A stretch of 64,000 bases of DNA from Gordius albopunctatus. Taxonomy: Eukaryota. Below the pieces are notes generated by a model, which ran no database searches, was not told the DNA's origin, and saw only the letters and a list, made by a program, of their open reading frames with translations. The translations under genes were made by a program, and so were the position numbers. The DNA lies in contig OZ193909.1 of the NCBI GenBank assembly GCA_964276515.1, forward strand, positions 11,594,001 to 11,658,000, read 5' to 3'. This document shows positions 37,301-49,976 of this stretch, in pieces. Each line of letters opens with the position of its first letter. Position 1 is the stretch's first letter.

Positions 37301-40300
37301 TCAAGTTTTGGATTGGGGGGGGGGGCAAAACATAAATTTTTCGGGGGCCGCCCCCTGGCTCCGCCCATGAAGGAAATTATAAACAATCGCAGTTTTTTGG
37401 GCTAAAATTTAGCTAGGCTTCTAAAGCAATTTTCGATAATCTTTTTGATGATCTGATTATTGTTAATTTCTTGAAGTTAAATTCATAAAATCAAGATTGA
37501 CATTAAATTTAATAAAATTAATTGGCAAATTGTTTTATATTAAACAAGATTTTAAATTCTTTAATTATATTCGACACAAAAAGTTATGAGTATTTTAAAA
37601 TCCTAGCCTTACTTTCCGAAACCCTCGACAAGTGAAATAGGAAAAACTTAAGTGGGGCTGGTTAAGCTTAGCCCATGTTTGGGTTAATAACTTTACATTT
37701 CTTAAGATAGCCAGAGTCATACGCAGGTAGAGCCCTGCACGGGCCGCCCGAAGCCCGACCGGGACCTCGTGCCGGGCTCGGGCAGAATTTAATAAAACAA
37801 TCGGACCTCGGGCTCGGGTCGGGCCTGATGAGGCGGCCCTACCCAATGTCCGAGGTCGGCCCGAATTGAATAAAGCAAATTAATATTTTATAAAATATAA
37901 TTCAAACTCAACTCGATATTAAATAATTATCTTCGTACACCATACCTAATATGGTTTCCAAGCTTAGACTGTTTTCCCCTGTCTATTATAATATTTTGAC
38001 ATAAATTGCAAATCTCATTCTAGTATTTAAATATATTCAAAGTAGCTGTATTAGAAATAAAATAAGGAAATATATTTAAAAGTTTTTATTTGGAATTGTT
38101 AGATAAAATAGATCTTATAAAGGTAGATTTCCGGTTTTAAATTATTAGCTGAATAAATTGTAGCGAGTAATGAAAATTTTATTTCAAATTTATCCTAGTT
38201 TTAAATTAAGTGTAATAACAATTTAATGCATTATGTATTTATATGGATGTTAAAATAATTTTCGAAAATGTTAAAATAAATTTAAAAAAAATTTTATTTT
38301 AAAATTCGGGGTCGGGCTCGTGTCGGGCCGAAAATAAAAAAGTCGTTCGGGCTCGCGCCGTGCTCGGGCAAAATAAAAGCTGAGACATCGGGCTCGGACC
38401 GGGCTCGGACAGAAAAAAATTGATTTTGCAGGCTCTATACGCAGGATTGCAATTTAGGGAAGAGGTTTGAAATGTAATATAGTCATTAAATTTAAAATTT
38501 TTTGAAGGCTGAATGATCTAGAGAGTTTTTTGCATAATAAAATACCAGTTTTTTTAATACCAAAAGATTTGTCAAATAAATGGACCTTCCCTTCAGCCGC
38601 AAGTTTAAAAGCGTGCAATTTTAAATTTGGAAGAATTTTTTAGCGAAAGTTTTTAATGATTTTAATACTTTTCAAAATTTATAGAACCATCTTGATTTAT
38701 AAATCTTAACCCTGTGGGGCGAGCAAGGAATATGATTGTCTCCTACAAATTATGTTTCATACTTAATTCAATTATTTGAATACTTAAAATTTTTATAGAT
38801 GTCATCTTAGCCCGCTAAATACTCTTCTTTAATAACTAGATTGATAGACTTTAAGCGCTATGTTATAATTGGAAGTTTCATTATAACAATTATTTATTAT
38901 ATTTTGTTATCTTTGGATGAGGAGAAACATAATAAATTAAATCAAACCTATTATATCATTATATCAGAATAAATTTATGCCAATGACGATTCATTTTTAA
39001 AAGGTAATTTTCACATTTATTAAATGATCTGAAATAGAGGTCGCTTGAAATAAGTAATTTTAATTGGTGATTTGGCAATGTATTATTAATACGATTGGCA
39101 TTTGCATTTATATGAATGTCCCCTTCAAATTCAATTAGGTCTGATTTGCACCGTAGTGCAAAGAGTTCACTTGAAATCTTACCCAACTTTGGTAGATTTA
39201 CTCATTTCAAGCTTTTAACCTAAACACGGGCGGGGCTGGGCGTAGCCAGAATATGAACTGGACGAGGATAACAACAATCGATTAGTGAGGGACAAAATGC
39301 TAAATTTCCAAATTTTAAAAGATTTTTATACGTAGAGGGTGGCAGTCGCCCATCCCTTCCCCTGGCTCGAAAGGTATTGCCGTTGGAAAATTAGTAAAAA
39401 TATTAATTTTATTATATTGAGAAAATTTGGTACCTTCTACGCTGCAAGTATCACCCCCGTATCCTTCCACGCAATAGCACCTTCCTGGCAAATTGCTAGT
39501 TCCTAGAAGGCATACGCCCCTGTCATCATGACACGGCGGGTCACACTCAGCTAGGAAATGTGGAAAAAGATTAAATATTATTAACACTTGTTTTAATTTT
39601 GTATCAACTCTTTTATGATTTAATTTATAAGGAAAATGGGAATACTAAATTATTTTAAATCATAAAAGTTTAATTATACCAAAGAAAATGTCATCTTGAC
39701 CTTTTAAGTAGAGAAATTAGTGGCAATATATTCATCACATCACAGCTATGCAAAATAGTCATAAATAAAATTTAAATTCCTAAAAGTTCACTGATCTTTA
39801 TTTTAAATTTTACAAATTGTTATTTTACGAAGAAGAGGTATTAGTAATCATATTGTTCCGTGTGCAAAGAGCAAAGATACGATTAGGAGAGATCATTCTT
39901 AAGAATAATAATTATACAAAGACAAACCACCACATGCAGCAGCGGTCTAGGCAACGCAAAGCCCTAGGTTAATCGCCGTTTTTAATTACGGTAGTCGATA
40001 GGGTATATCTCTTTTTCTCTCACATTTCCCTTTTACCCCTTCCCGATGGTTGTGGGTGGCGACTGTAAATAAAATGCACTTCGCGGGGGATGGGGAAAGG
40101 GAATCTAACACAAATTACATCACTTACAATAGAACTATATAACCAACCATGCATTGTCATATAGGAGGAGGTACGTAAGGTCATTAACATGCGACAGACT
40201 ATAATGTCACAACAGGCAACCACCGCGACTATGTATAAGAAGCACTACACCTGTTATCCGCATAAAGTTGCACAAAAAGGTGGATAATTTTCTTCCTTTT

Positions 40301-42204
40301 GATCCTTTAATTCTTATGTCATCTCATCTTAGATATCTTGCACGAATTAATCCCCTCCCCCCCATCCTCTTAGATTACAGGTTGCGATGTTATTAAAACT
40401 GTAAATGTTATATTGTAGGGTCAATAAAAATTGTTTCTTTTCTGCCCCCACTTTAGAGGTCACAAAGAGGAATAAATTGTTAGCACATATGAACTTGTTG
40501 AACGTGACAAAAGAAGAATAGAAATCCCTGATAAAGATAAGTACTATAATTCAAAAAAGAAATAAATTTATTTTAAAATTAATCCGATTTATGAATTTTA
40601 TCGATAGATATGTTAAGCGTGGAAAAGGAATTTAAAAATCGTTAAATAAATTATTGACTATACTAAATATAAAGCCTAGGAATGACGCGTAGTTAGAAAT
40701 ACAATTTTTTTTCTAATCCGAATCAGAGAACAGATTGTCCGACCCGGGCCGGGCAACTGTCTTAAATTTTTATTTTCGGACGGGCCCGGGCGGGCGGCAC
40801 GAAGATAGGATATCGGCGATTCGGGCTTAATAGTATTATTTTGTTACTTTTTATTTTATTGCATATTAAAATTCTAAAAAAGTTAAGAAACTTGATTTCG
40901 CCATCACAAAGTTTCTCTAATTAACCTTTATTATTCACTTATCATTCGTCGCTTTCGCTAAGTTACTACTTATTTTCATGATAAAAAATTTCTATACCTT
41001 TCTTTTTTGCTTTAAGTTCAGAGAATTATCCATAAATTGCATTTAAATTCTATTGATAAATTATTGTCTTTTTATCAAAAAAGTAAGTTTTAACAGAGCA
41101 CAGATTGACTAATTGAACTAATTTTATTCATTAAGAAGTTTATTTATGGTTAGGGCAAACGGGTTAACTCAAAAGGGGAGTATAATTTTGTTTATTGTAA
41201 TATTAATTGCTATGCAATTAATGTTATTTATTAAATATGTAAACTTTAAAATTTAATGCTTATTTTTTAATTGTGGTTAAAAGAATTTGAGATCGCAAAA
41301 TTTCGGGCCTAACAGGCAGCTTTAATGTTTCGGGTGGGCTCGGGCGGGCAATGAAGTTAAAAAATTGAACCGGGCCGGGTTCGGTCATAAAATTCCTAAC
41401 AAATCTGACCTCTGATCCGAATAGTATAAATATGAGATAAATAAAATTATATTTAAAAACAAAATACATAATAAGTACATTTAATAAAGTTTTTTGTGAA
41501 TTTTTTAAAAACTACATAGTAATATATTAAGTAGTAATATAAACTTAAAAGAACCATCAAATTTGTTTTCATAAATTAAATGGAGGTAATGTGTGGATAT
41601 TCTTAAATGACCAATAAAAATTTTATAATTAACAATTACAACTTTCTTAAGGTTTGTATATTTTAAGAAAAGCCAATTGAAAAATTATTGTAATTAAAAA
41701 TGAAACAAGTGTTATCGATTCTAAATATTCGTAAGCATTTGAGAAGAAGGTGTCATTGATTATTATTTACCTTTACAATGTTCGTTGGTCTCATCTGCCC
41801 CGTCTAAGCAATCGATCTTACCGTCGCATATGATGGTTATGTTGTGTACCTTGAGCGGACTGCTCTCGTTATACTGACAGGCTATGATCCCGCTTTCTAG
41901 GTCAATGAAGGAAAGGCCCAGTTCGGCGGCTCGAGCATGATTTTGCTGAAATACTTCAGCAGAAGGGGAGGGTAATTGGTTATGGGAAGATCCGCCAGAA
42001 TTTTGATTTATTTGCAATAGTGCCATAGTTTTATAATTGTTTTCTCTGGCATCGACCACCTCGCCGATGACCCCTCGTATTGCCACAACCTAAATTAATC
42101 GTAAATAGCAAATAATAATTCAAGAAAGTTAAATATTATTAACCAATATATCATGGTAGACTTACTATTAGAATGTAAGAATAAAGGAGATTTTTATAAT
42201 CCAT
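13345..42204 (-). CDS. fbn-1: FBN-1/Dumpy-like fibrillin-type EGF-repeat ZP-domain transmembrane protein, ~2778 aa, 36 exons
   Basis: Hand-built exons: 42204-42166, 42089-41771, 39550-39434, 37208-37092, 36680-36555, 35922-35800, 35567-35442, 32768-32589, 32209-32084, 29366-29247, 28947-26167, 26131-25571, 25455-25243, 25173-25078, 25036-24932, 24890-24753, 21617-21498, 20890-20729, 20683-20462, 19653-19447, 19306-18887, 18747-18667, 18022-17957, 17866-17777, 17738-17661, 16559-16422, 16175-16062, 16015-15911, 15873-15695, 15391-15252, 14881-14846, 14791-14652, 14607-14520, 14162-14012, 13960-13792, 13688-13345. All are GT-AG and phase-compatible; the sum is 8337 nt. Domains: signal peptide [22 protein letters not shown]; LDLa-like [13 protein letters not shown]; 27 EGF (about 25 with [DN]x[DN]EC Ca-binding consensus); S/T/K-rich stalk; ZP ([10 protein letters not shown]...[25 protein letters not shown]); furin site [35 protein letters not shown]. 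Stalk exons are less certain than the EGF and ZP exons, and orthology is from recalled similarity only. Confidence 0.82.
22054..24021. mobile_element. Foldback-like element with inverted GCTAAGTATTT minisatellite arms
   Basis: About 12 GCTAAGTATTT units at 22078-22321 and reverse-complement AAATACTTAGC units at 23800-23997. Flanked by a direct repeat ATATATTAA (22054-22062 / 24013-24021). The interior holds G-run repeats and a MITE. The left terminus looks degenerate. Confidence 0.7.
22955..23630. mobile_element. hAT-type MITE, family C (TAGAGCCCTGCA TIR)
   Basis: Ends TAGAGCCCTGCA ... TGCAAGACTCTA; TSD AGGGCAAA/GGGGCAAA (7/8 match). Nested in the foldback element. Confidence 0.82.
24480..24625. 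mobile_element. Short CATGGGCGTAG-type MITE (related copies at ~37292-37369, 43503-43650, 45189-45352, 58170-58306)
   Basis: Inverted ends CATAGGCGTAGCCA ... TGACTACGCCCATG, and shared internal TTTTGCCCCTCCCTAAATCATTATTG motifs among the copies. Confidence 0.65.
30155..30640. mobile_element. Old palindromic (foldback/MITE) remnant
   Basis: Degenerate inverted arms, e.g. GTTTTTACGGTGAACAC / ATGTTTACCGCGAAAAC, GCGATTTTGGC / GCCAAAATCG and TTTGATTTATTAATAAAGG / CCTTTATTTATTAATCAAA, centred near 30400. Confidence 0.6.
32863..33664. mobile_element. hAT-type MITE filled by an inverted 32-33-bp minisatellite
   Basis: TIRs TAGTGGTGGGAAAA / TTTCCCCATCACTA with an exact 8-bp TSD AATAAAAT (32855-32862 / 33665-33672). 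The interior has ~9 GCTATAGGAGATGGGAG(G)TTTGAGGTGCTATGT units followed by ~10 reverse-complement units. Confidence 0.9.
34257..35288. mobile_element. Non-autonomous TIR DNA element (GGGAGACCGGGGCTA ends; Tc1/pogo-like)
   Basis: Left end GGGAGACCGGGGCTAGTAGTAGCC; right end GGCTAAAGTAGCCCCGGTCTCCCC followed by TA; internal GGCTATTAGTAGCC repeat. Confidence 0.72.
34717..34989 (+). mobile_element. Solo LTR (273 bp) nested in the TIR element
   Basis: TGTAGTG...CATTACA termini, an exact 5-bp TSD ATTAT (34712-34716 / 34990-34994), and an internal TATATAAA followed by AATAAA. Confidence 0.75.
37728..38437. mobile_element. hAT-type MITE, family C, inverted relative to the copy at 22955
   Basis: Ends TAGAGCCCTGCA ... 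TGCAGGCTCTA with an exact TSD TACGCAGG (37720-37727 / 38438-38445). The body is reverse-complement-similar to 22955-23630. Confidence 0.9.
40724..41414. mobile_element. hAT-type MITE, family A
   Basis: Ends CAGAGAACAGATT ... AATCTGACCTCTG with an exact TSD ATCCGAAT (40716-40723 / 41415-41422). Confidence 0.88.
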
Positions 42205-44527
42205 TCCTCGAATATTGACTTTCGTATTTCGCGAATGCTTCTTAGTCTTTCTTCACTCGAGAATTTGGAAATGAAATATGTATTGTACGTTTATATCCAT
42301 CTATAGTGGAAAGATTTTATTATAATCATTAGATAACAATAAGTCAGGAAAGATTTGTTCGATGTTATGATAAATGTAACAAAGAGTAAATTAAATTTGC
42401 AGGGATCAACAATGTCTCAATCGCCATAATTAGCATTGAATAAATCTACAAATCTCCTCCCATCTTTAATCTTTCCGCCCGGTTAAACCTGATAACGATG
42501 TAAATACCAGTGTTCTTTTGTAACATTTATAAAATTGACCTTTACACGAGGGGACGAGCGAGAGAGAGTAGCTTAGGTATTGGTAGGGTCACTAACCGTA
42601 ATCGATCCTCCTGTTTCGATTTCAGATGTATACTGACAAAAGTTTGCTTTAAAGGTTGCGATTGTGCCTTGACAATCAATTATCATACGCTAAAAGATAA
42701 TGATGATGATGACAATGTTAAATTAGTTGCCAAAGCTTGTATGGAGCGCTACGAGACAAAGGATCTCATAGTCTCTGCTGTACAAGTTTGTTGGGTTTGT
42801 TAGCATTAGCAATGAGTAGTTTAGCCTCCCCCCTCTTTTAAACCACAGGTGTCTCCTGTGTCCCCCAGGTCCTTTTAACCTCCCTTCCCCGACTCCCTTA
42901 TGGCAATTAGTTTTTTTTGCAAAAATATTGTCTTTTTACAATGGAATAAATGTCACCAGAACTTTAACCCCCCCCCCACCCTTCCAGCATCTTCCGGTTC
43001 ATGGAGATCTCATCGGGCTTAAGTGAAATTAATGTTTAACTTTCGCTTCCGTAGTGTATTTTTGGATTGCTCGGCGCATAATATGAGCAAATGCTTAGAA
43101 TTGAATTCTTTTATAAATTAAGAAGATCAAAGTTATTTTCATGGTAAATATATAAAACTTAAATAAATGACCTAAGGGCATTCAGGATTCTCAAAATTTT
43201 CCAACGACTTTTAATATTTAAAATCATGTTTTCGCAATAAACGCAACGACAATTTTAATTAATTTATAGATTGAGTTTTTACAACTTCATATTTGGTAAA
43301 TGTCGCAACAAAGATTTGTTTAGTTCAGAACATTATTTCCACATGGCTTTTAAAAAATGTGTTATTATTTATAAATATAATAATTTAAGGATAGTCGAAT
43401 CTTTCTTTGCTAAAATTGTGTTGGGCAATAATTAACAAAACTTTTTTTTATTATAAATTAATTTGCCCTTAAATGAAATGAGATTTTTATGCTAACCCCA
43501 CCAAGGGCGTAACTAGCATTGCAATTAGAGGGGGACAATAATGACTTAGGGAGAGGCAAAATGAAAATTTTTTGAAATTTTAACCTTAATTTTAATAAAT
43601 TTCGACAATTTTTTAGATTTAGAGGGGGTCAGCCGCCCCTCTGAACGCCACCTTTAAAGCCTTAAAACTGTATTTAGTGATGTACCATGGCCATTCCTTT
43701 TAACACCATTAGATCGAATTGTCTTTGGGAAATAAAATACCATCATAAACCTTTTTAAATTTGTTAAGAATTTCTCTGCTCTGCTATAACCAGCGGACCC
43801 CCTCGATAACATTATAAGTAGTCTTCAAACATTTAAGTATTTATATAATAGTCATAATATAATGCAGACGGTCTAAGTTTGTAAAAATTTCTTGCTTCCA
43901 CGAGCCCTTTTAATCGTGAGAATCGTAGGGTAGCAATAGAATTGGTACTACCAATATAAAACCGAGTATCCCTTAAAATAATAATTATGGGTTCAGTGAG
44001 GATATTTTTTATTAATTGGTAAAAAAAGCATTTTTGTTTTGCTTCAAAGTGGAATTGTTTTTAAGGAAATGCCGTCTACATTGATAGCTTTAAATAAATT
44101 CTAAACACGAAAAAAATTAATAAAATTAACAGAATATTTTAAAAATATAAATACTGTTTAACTAAGGTTCCTTATATTTTAATTTAAGCTAATAAAATTC
44201 AAATAGACAGAATTAGATACACTACATATGTCGATTACTATTTAAACATAAAATCGCAGTATGTGTGTAAATAAAACAGTAAAACATAAATTATCCAAGT
44301 TGTTTTTATAACATTTTGATTTTGTTTCTACAATTTTAAGACATAAAACTATGAGTGAATCTCAAGTTTTAAGCTCACCTATATTAAAACTGCTTCATCC
44401 TATCTGGTCATTTAGAAAAATCACATTCATTAATTAGTTATTGAGGCGGATTTAGCAAGCGAGAAATCATTTTTTCTACCTTTATTTCCTACTCTAGCTC
44501 TGGTTCTGGTCTTTTAGTCATAATTAA

Positions 44528-45862
44528 TGGATATGCAATTTATGGGCTTGCTTTTCGTTGTCCTGTCCGTCGCTCCTGTCCAAATTGTAATTTTTGTAAA
44601 AACAGGGAAAACAAATGCGGATGGGTGTGGAAACTTTATTTTCTGTAAAATACTTTTATTTGCTTTCGCACACAGACTATCTATCTAATGACCGCCAGTT
44701 GGCTAAATTTTTTTATTTCGACCTTACCCGTGCCCAAATTCCATTTTTACTTCTGTGAAATTTCTTTTGGCAACTTGACTAGGTTGTGGCTTTATAACGG
44801 ATCATGGCGAAACTGGCTAAATAATTCGCTGCAAATTAATGATGACCTTTGTCTACTTATATTAAGTCTGACCCAAGGCCAAAATCCTTATTAATTAATT
44901 TCTATCTTTTTAAACGAATTGATATCCTATGTATTTGATATTATTAATTATATTTTACGATTTTCATGTATGCAAAATTCTAAAAATATAACTCTCTCGA
45001 GATTTCAGAGTCGGTTGCTTCGAAATCAAATGGGAATGAGGTAGAAATTGGTGGGACGACTCTAAATATAGGCGGGAAGGCATATAATGGTGCTAACATT
45101 TGAATAAATTCCCATTAGTATTTACCAATGATATTATAAAGCGTTAGGTAATTTAAAACGTAAAATTATATAATTGCATAGCAATTAACATGGGCGTAGG
45201 CAGAGGGAAGCAGGCAGGGGCGGCTGCCCCCTCTAAATATAAAAATTCTGATAAATTCGATAAAAATATGTTTAAAATTTGTAACAATTTTCATTTTGCC
45301 CCTCCCTAAATCATTATTGCTCTTCCTCTAATTCCAATGCTGGCTAAGCCCAATATAGTTTATTTCAAAGAATATTGATTTATAATAAAAATCAGAATCC
45401 TGCTTAGTCAAGGTTGTGTGATTTAAACCCTCCCGAAATTTTACCTTTTCAGCCTTTCCCGTAAAATAAAGTTTAATATTTAATTATCACTTAACCTGTT
45501 TTCAGAAACGAATCTTCAAATTAGGCAATGTTTTTCCCATGATTTTTTTATAGTGTTACTTAAGTTTTAATTTTAGGGCCAGGTGAGCAGTGCTCTGCCC
45601 ACTTTCTTTCTAACAAGTGGATGGCCTGACGTGGCATTAATTGATTGGGTTTTTCAGTAAACCTTTTCGTAACATTTAGCATAAGATATTTTAAAATATG
45701 AATAGCTTTTTAAATCTCGTTTAATAAAATTCTAACAAGTCGAGGCAAGACCAAACATGATTTAAGTAAATAAAGTCAAATTTTTTTTGTTACTTGAGAA
45801 CTGGCGAACTTAAAATTTATATATACATTGCTAAAATGTATCCATAAATTGCATAGCAATTA
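44528..45862. mobile_element. Degenerate relatives of the 6013-8320 element
   Basis: TATGCAATTTATGGGCTTGCTTTTCGTTGTCCTGTCCGTC at 44532-44571, and the reverse motif (A)TAAATTGCATAGCAATTA at ~45171 and ~45842. Boundaries are uncertain. Confidence 0.5.
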
Positions 45863-48800
45863 GTTATATTTAATTTATAAGGAGGTTCATAATCGGAGAA
45901 AAGGGCATAAATAATTATTTGTCATTTAGGCCTCTAGCAAATCATATGATGTTTAGAGCATATTAAAGCATAATAAATATTGTCTTACCACATAGGAGAT
46001 CCATACAAATTTGCGATGAATGCTTTTGTATAGATCATTATAAAAAATTTTATATGGGATCTACGAAAAATATATGTGATTTATTTGTAGGAAATAATTA
46101 TGGGATATCGTAATTTACGATTTAAATTCCTAATAAATTTTGCGATCAAAATTTTGGGTGCACGTTTTTAGGACTTTGGAGAAGAGATATTATGCAGTGA
46201 AATATAGGTATATTCATTCATGGTCTAAGTATATAATAATAATTACAAGTGTTTACACAAGACAAGAACCACTACAGCAGCACATTAATGGATAGACGAC
46301 ACTGTTTTTTATCTACTATGGCACCCCTCGTAGTGCAAAATTAGGGATCGGGTCACGATCGTATATTATTACAAGAGACCACAACAAATTTCTTAGCCAG
46401 TTTCAACAAATACACATTTTTTATCGGATAAATAAAAATTGCCAATTAAAAATCAAAATGAACCTAACTTTGTTCATTTTTTTCGATACTTGATTAATTG
46501 ATTAGTATTAAATCAAAAAATATATAAAACGGTATAAATTAAAATGGCAAGTTAAATTAATGTATTATTAATTTAGTAAGCACCTCTTTGCTTACAGGCT
46601 TTATGGTTTGTGAGAACATCTATAAAAGGGAATTTATTATAATTCCAATAAAACCAATTAAATATTCAACAACATTAGTAAATCAAATAGAAGTTTTCTC
46701 AATTTAAAACCCTAGTCATATTGCTTAAAGGCCACCTCAGAGGGATCAATTTGGTAGGATTAAGGGAACGGCCTGTTGCAGGCAGCATAACTTAGAGTTA
46801 CAGTTAAATAACCAAATATAAGTACAAAGTACTCTTCTCATAACTCTGCCCATCAGAAAGACAACTATGATATGGTGATGTGCCTTGAGCTTGACACCGT
46901 AATTGCTTTAATGATAGGCCACAGGTACAAGATCATTCATTCACTGATACCCCAGCCCCACCTGTCTAAAGGAGAAAGTTGGGGTGGGAGAGGGTTTGTG
47001 TCCATAAGCTAGCACATAGCCATTATAATATATACGCTTATGCAGAAGCGGAAAATCTAATCATCTTTGTTATATAACCCCCCTTCTCTCCCACAATATT
47101 TATTTCCACTCGGCAACGTGTCCCGCTCCGAAAAGTATATGGGGGAAGGGAGAAGAGCAAAGGTGAAAGTAAGTTGCCTTTCTTCACTCCATCACAGATG
47201 TAATGTCCCAACTACCACGCATGGTTAAGGGGAGGGGGGGGGATAAAGGTGTGCACTGAACAAAAGAACTTAATGACAGGGATTGTGTCCGGTAGAATGA
47301 TAGTAGTTCAGATAAAGCACAAAAATATCTCGCGGAAGTACAACGAACTCATCCTCACTCACACCCACTTGCCCGTGCGACATTATTTCTAGAAGTCCTC
47401 TTTCACTATTCACCAAATTATTAGCAGGGAAGCTTATGTTCCTAATAGCCTAGGTTTAAAAAAAGGCTCAAAGTCTGAGAGAAAAAGTGTTCAATTAAGT
47501 CATTAAATTGATTGTATTTAATTCCTATTATACTAAACGCGAGATGGGGTCCTAAGATTAACAAGTTCTTATTTAAAAATGAACTAAGCTCCCGTCTGAT
47601 TTGCTATGAGAACTAACTTGAAACACAAAATTAAATGATTTTATGAAGCCATAAAAAATACTTCAATATTTTATCAAAATAAAATTAAAATGATTTAATT
47701 AATATAGTCCATCTGAGCTCAATGTGTCTATAAACCATTGCATGGTTATTAAATATCAAAACGCCAATATGATAAAATAATAAAAATACCGAAAATTTAA
47801 CAATTCCATTTCTAAAAACAAACATTAGATTATAATGAGACCACGAAAAAGAGTGAACGGATTTTAAGCTTACATATTTAGGTTTCGCTCGTTAATAGGT
47901 TGTAATAGCCTTTATTTTCCGTAAAAAGTTAAAAATAAGGGCTATGATTTTGTTATATTTTTCTCAAACAAAATCTATTATATATGTAATGAATTGTTTA
48001 AAATAAATTTGTTTATGCCAAGTCCACCTAATTTCTGAAAAGGGATTATGGGAAATAATTTAGAACTGAAATATTTTATTTTAACTTTAATACAGTTTTC
48101 TAATTTTTTTACAATAAAGGCTACAAGTATTTTTAGGTTCGAAGTATAAATTTGAATTAATATTAGCTCAAGAATTTTTTGCTTAAGTTCATGAAACTAT
48201 TATTCTTTTCTAACTCTAAATATTTTAAAATCAAGTTTCAATGCCATTTTATTTGGCGCAGTCAGAATAAATAAGTCTTAGGGATTTTCTAAAATTCAAA
48301 GTACAAACCTTAAAGAGACTCAACATCTGTTATTTAGATAATAAATTGCGGTATAATACAAAGAAATATTAAAAAAAAATTATAATTTGGTTAGATATGC
48401 CTTTTAAAGTTTTAATTTTTATTAAAGTTTATTAAAATTCGAATCGTGCGAACGCATATTTGAACTCCCTTAATGTTATTAACCTATAAGTCATAAAAAT
48501 TGAGAGTTATTAAACTGTAGGACTGTTTTTTGGACAAATATAATTTTGTTTGTGTCACACATATCATTTATATAATAACAACCTCACCAATGGTATCTTT
48601 CACTTAGATGCTAAGTTTTGGGGACTAATTAAAAATTTATTGCATACAAAACTTTTACGTTTTATGAATTTGTTAGCTTAAAATGCATGGCGCATATAAA
48701 AAAATATGCTATTCAAAGCAAAATATTTAAAGAATTGAGAAAATATCAACTGAGATTGAATATATGATTAAATAGATAAAATATATTTTAAGCATATTTC

Positions 48801-49976
48801 AAACTAGCCTATGACAATGAACATAATAGGGCAATCAAAAAATTTTTAAATACAATTTAATGGCTACAAGTAAACAACCTTGGAGTTATAAGTAAAATGA
48901 AAAGATAAAAATATTCATATAAATCCGAACTTATTGTTATACAAGCTTTAAAATTCAACTAACATTACAATTTAAATATGATGTTGTAGAGCATTGATTG
49001 TATCTAAACTGTTACTATTATGTCGAAAATTTTCATTTAAGTATATGCATAGAAAGTAAAAATGTAAATTTTAGAAGCAAAATTTTTGGTTACCGATGAA
49101 TATATATTCTTTATATATACAAAGTAAATCTGAGTTGCGCTATTTTTTGACCGAAATGTAGTTTTTCTTTGCCACCATGATGGGGTTTCGTTAGAAATAC
49201 ACAAAATATAACAACTTGAGAATTGGAGTCTATTTAAAATTCTTAGGCAAAAATACAATTGGATAGATTTTATTACACAGAAAATATTTTATTTTATAAA
49301 CGGCTTTGCTCTATCTCTAGGAGAACTTAACTCTATCAGAATGATCATTTTTGCTAAAGTGTTGAAATGTTACTGTTACAACTTCAGCTTAATTTTAATG
49401 TATAAGAATAATAGGTTTAGATTATATATTTCAAACTTTGAAGTGAGTTTTTCTCAATTTGGAGTTGTGTCCAGATAAATAAACTCCAGGTAGCGTTATG
49501 AAAATAACATGCAATTTTTTAATTAATGTTATCTGCGTCATTAATAAACCTTTTATAGGACAAATAATAATTTATTATATAAATAATAATTAATAAATAG
49601 ATCAAGAATAAATTTAACAAAATAGGTGATGACGAATTATAAACAATTTCATTGGCAGGCTAAATAAATAAACAACAATATATGATTGTTGCAATAGATC
49701 AGTTACCTGATTGGATAAAATATAAATTGGCGCTTCAAACAAACACGGACGATTTAACTTTCAACAAATTTATAAATAATACATATATAGGAATTTAAAA
49801 CAAGCTAAAGAATCAACAAAAAATAGATTGCAATTTCTAAAAATATTGCCTCTAATGACGCGCTTCAGTCCCCCAAAATAATACAAAAATATTAGAGATA
49901 TTGTAATAGTAATAGAAGTTACAACAATCATTTGGGGAAGGCAAAAACTGCTGTAACAAATTTTGGGGGGCAAGAG

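Noticed and set aside
39810..40520. GC-richer blocks here and at ~5100-5420, 11700-12030, 46200-47460, 57500-58130 and 60405-60735, possibly old retroelement debris
   Set aside because: No termini, TSD or convincing protein motif could be established by eye.
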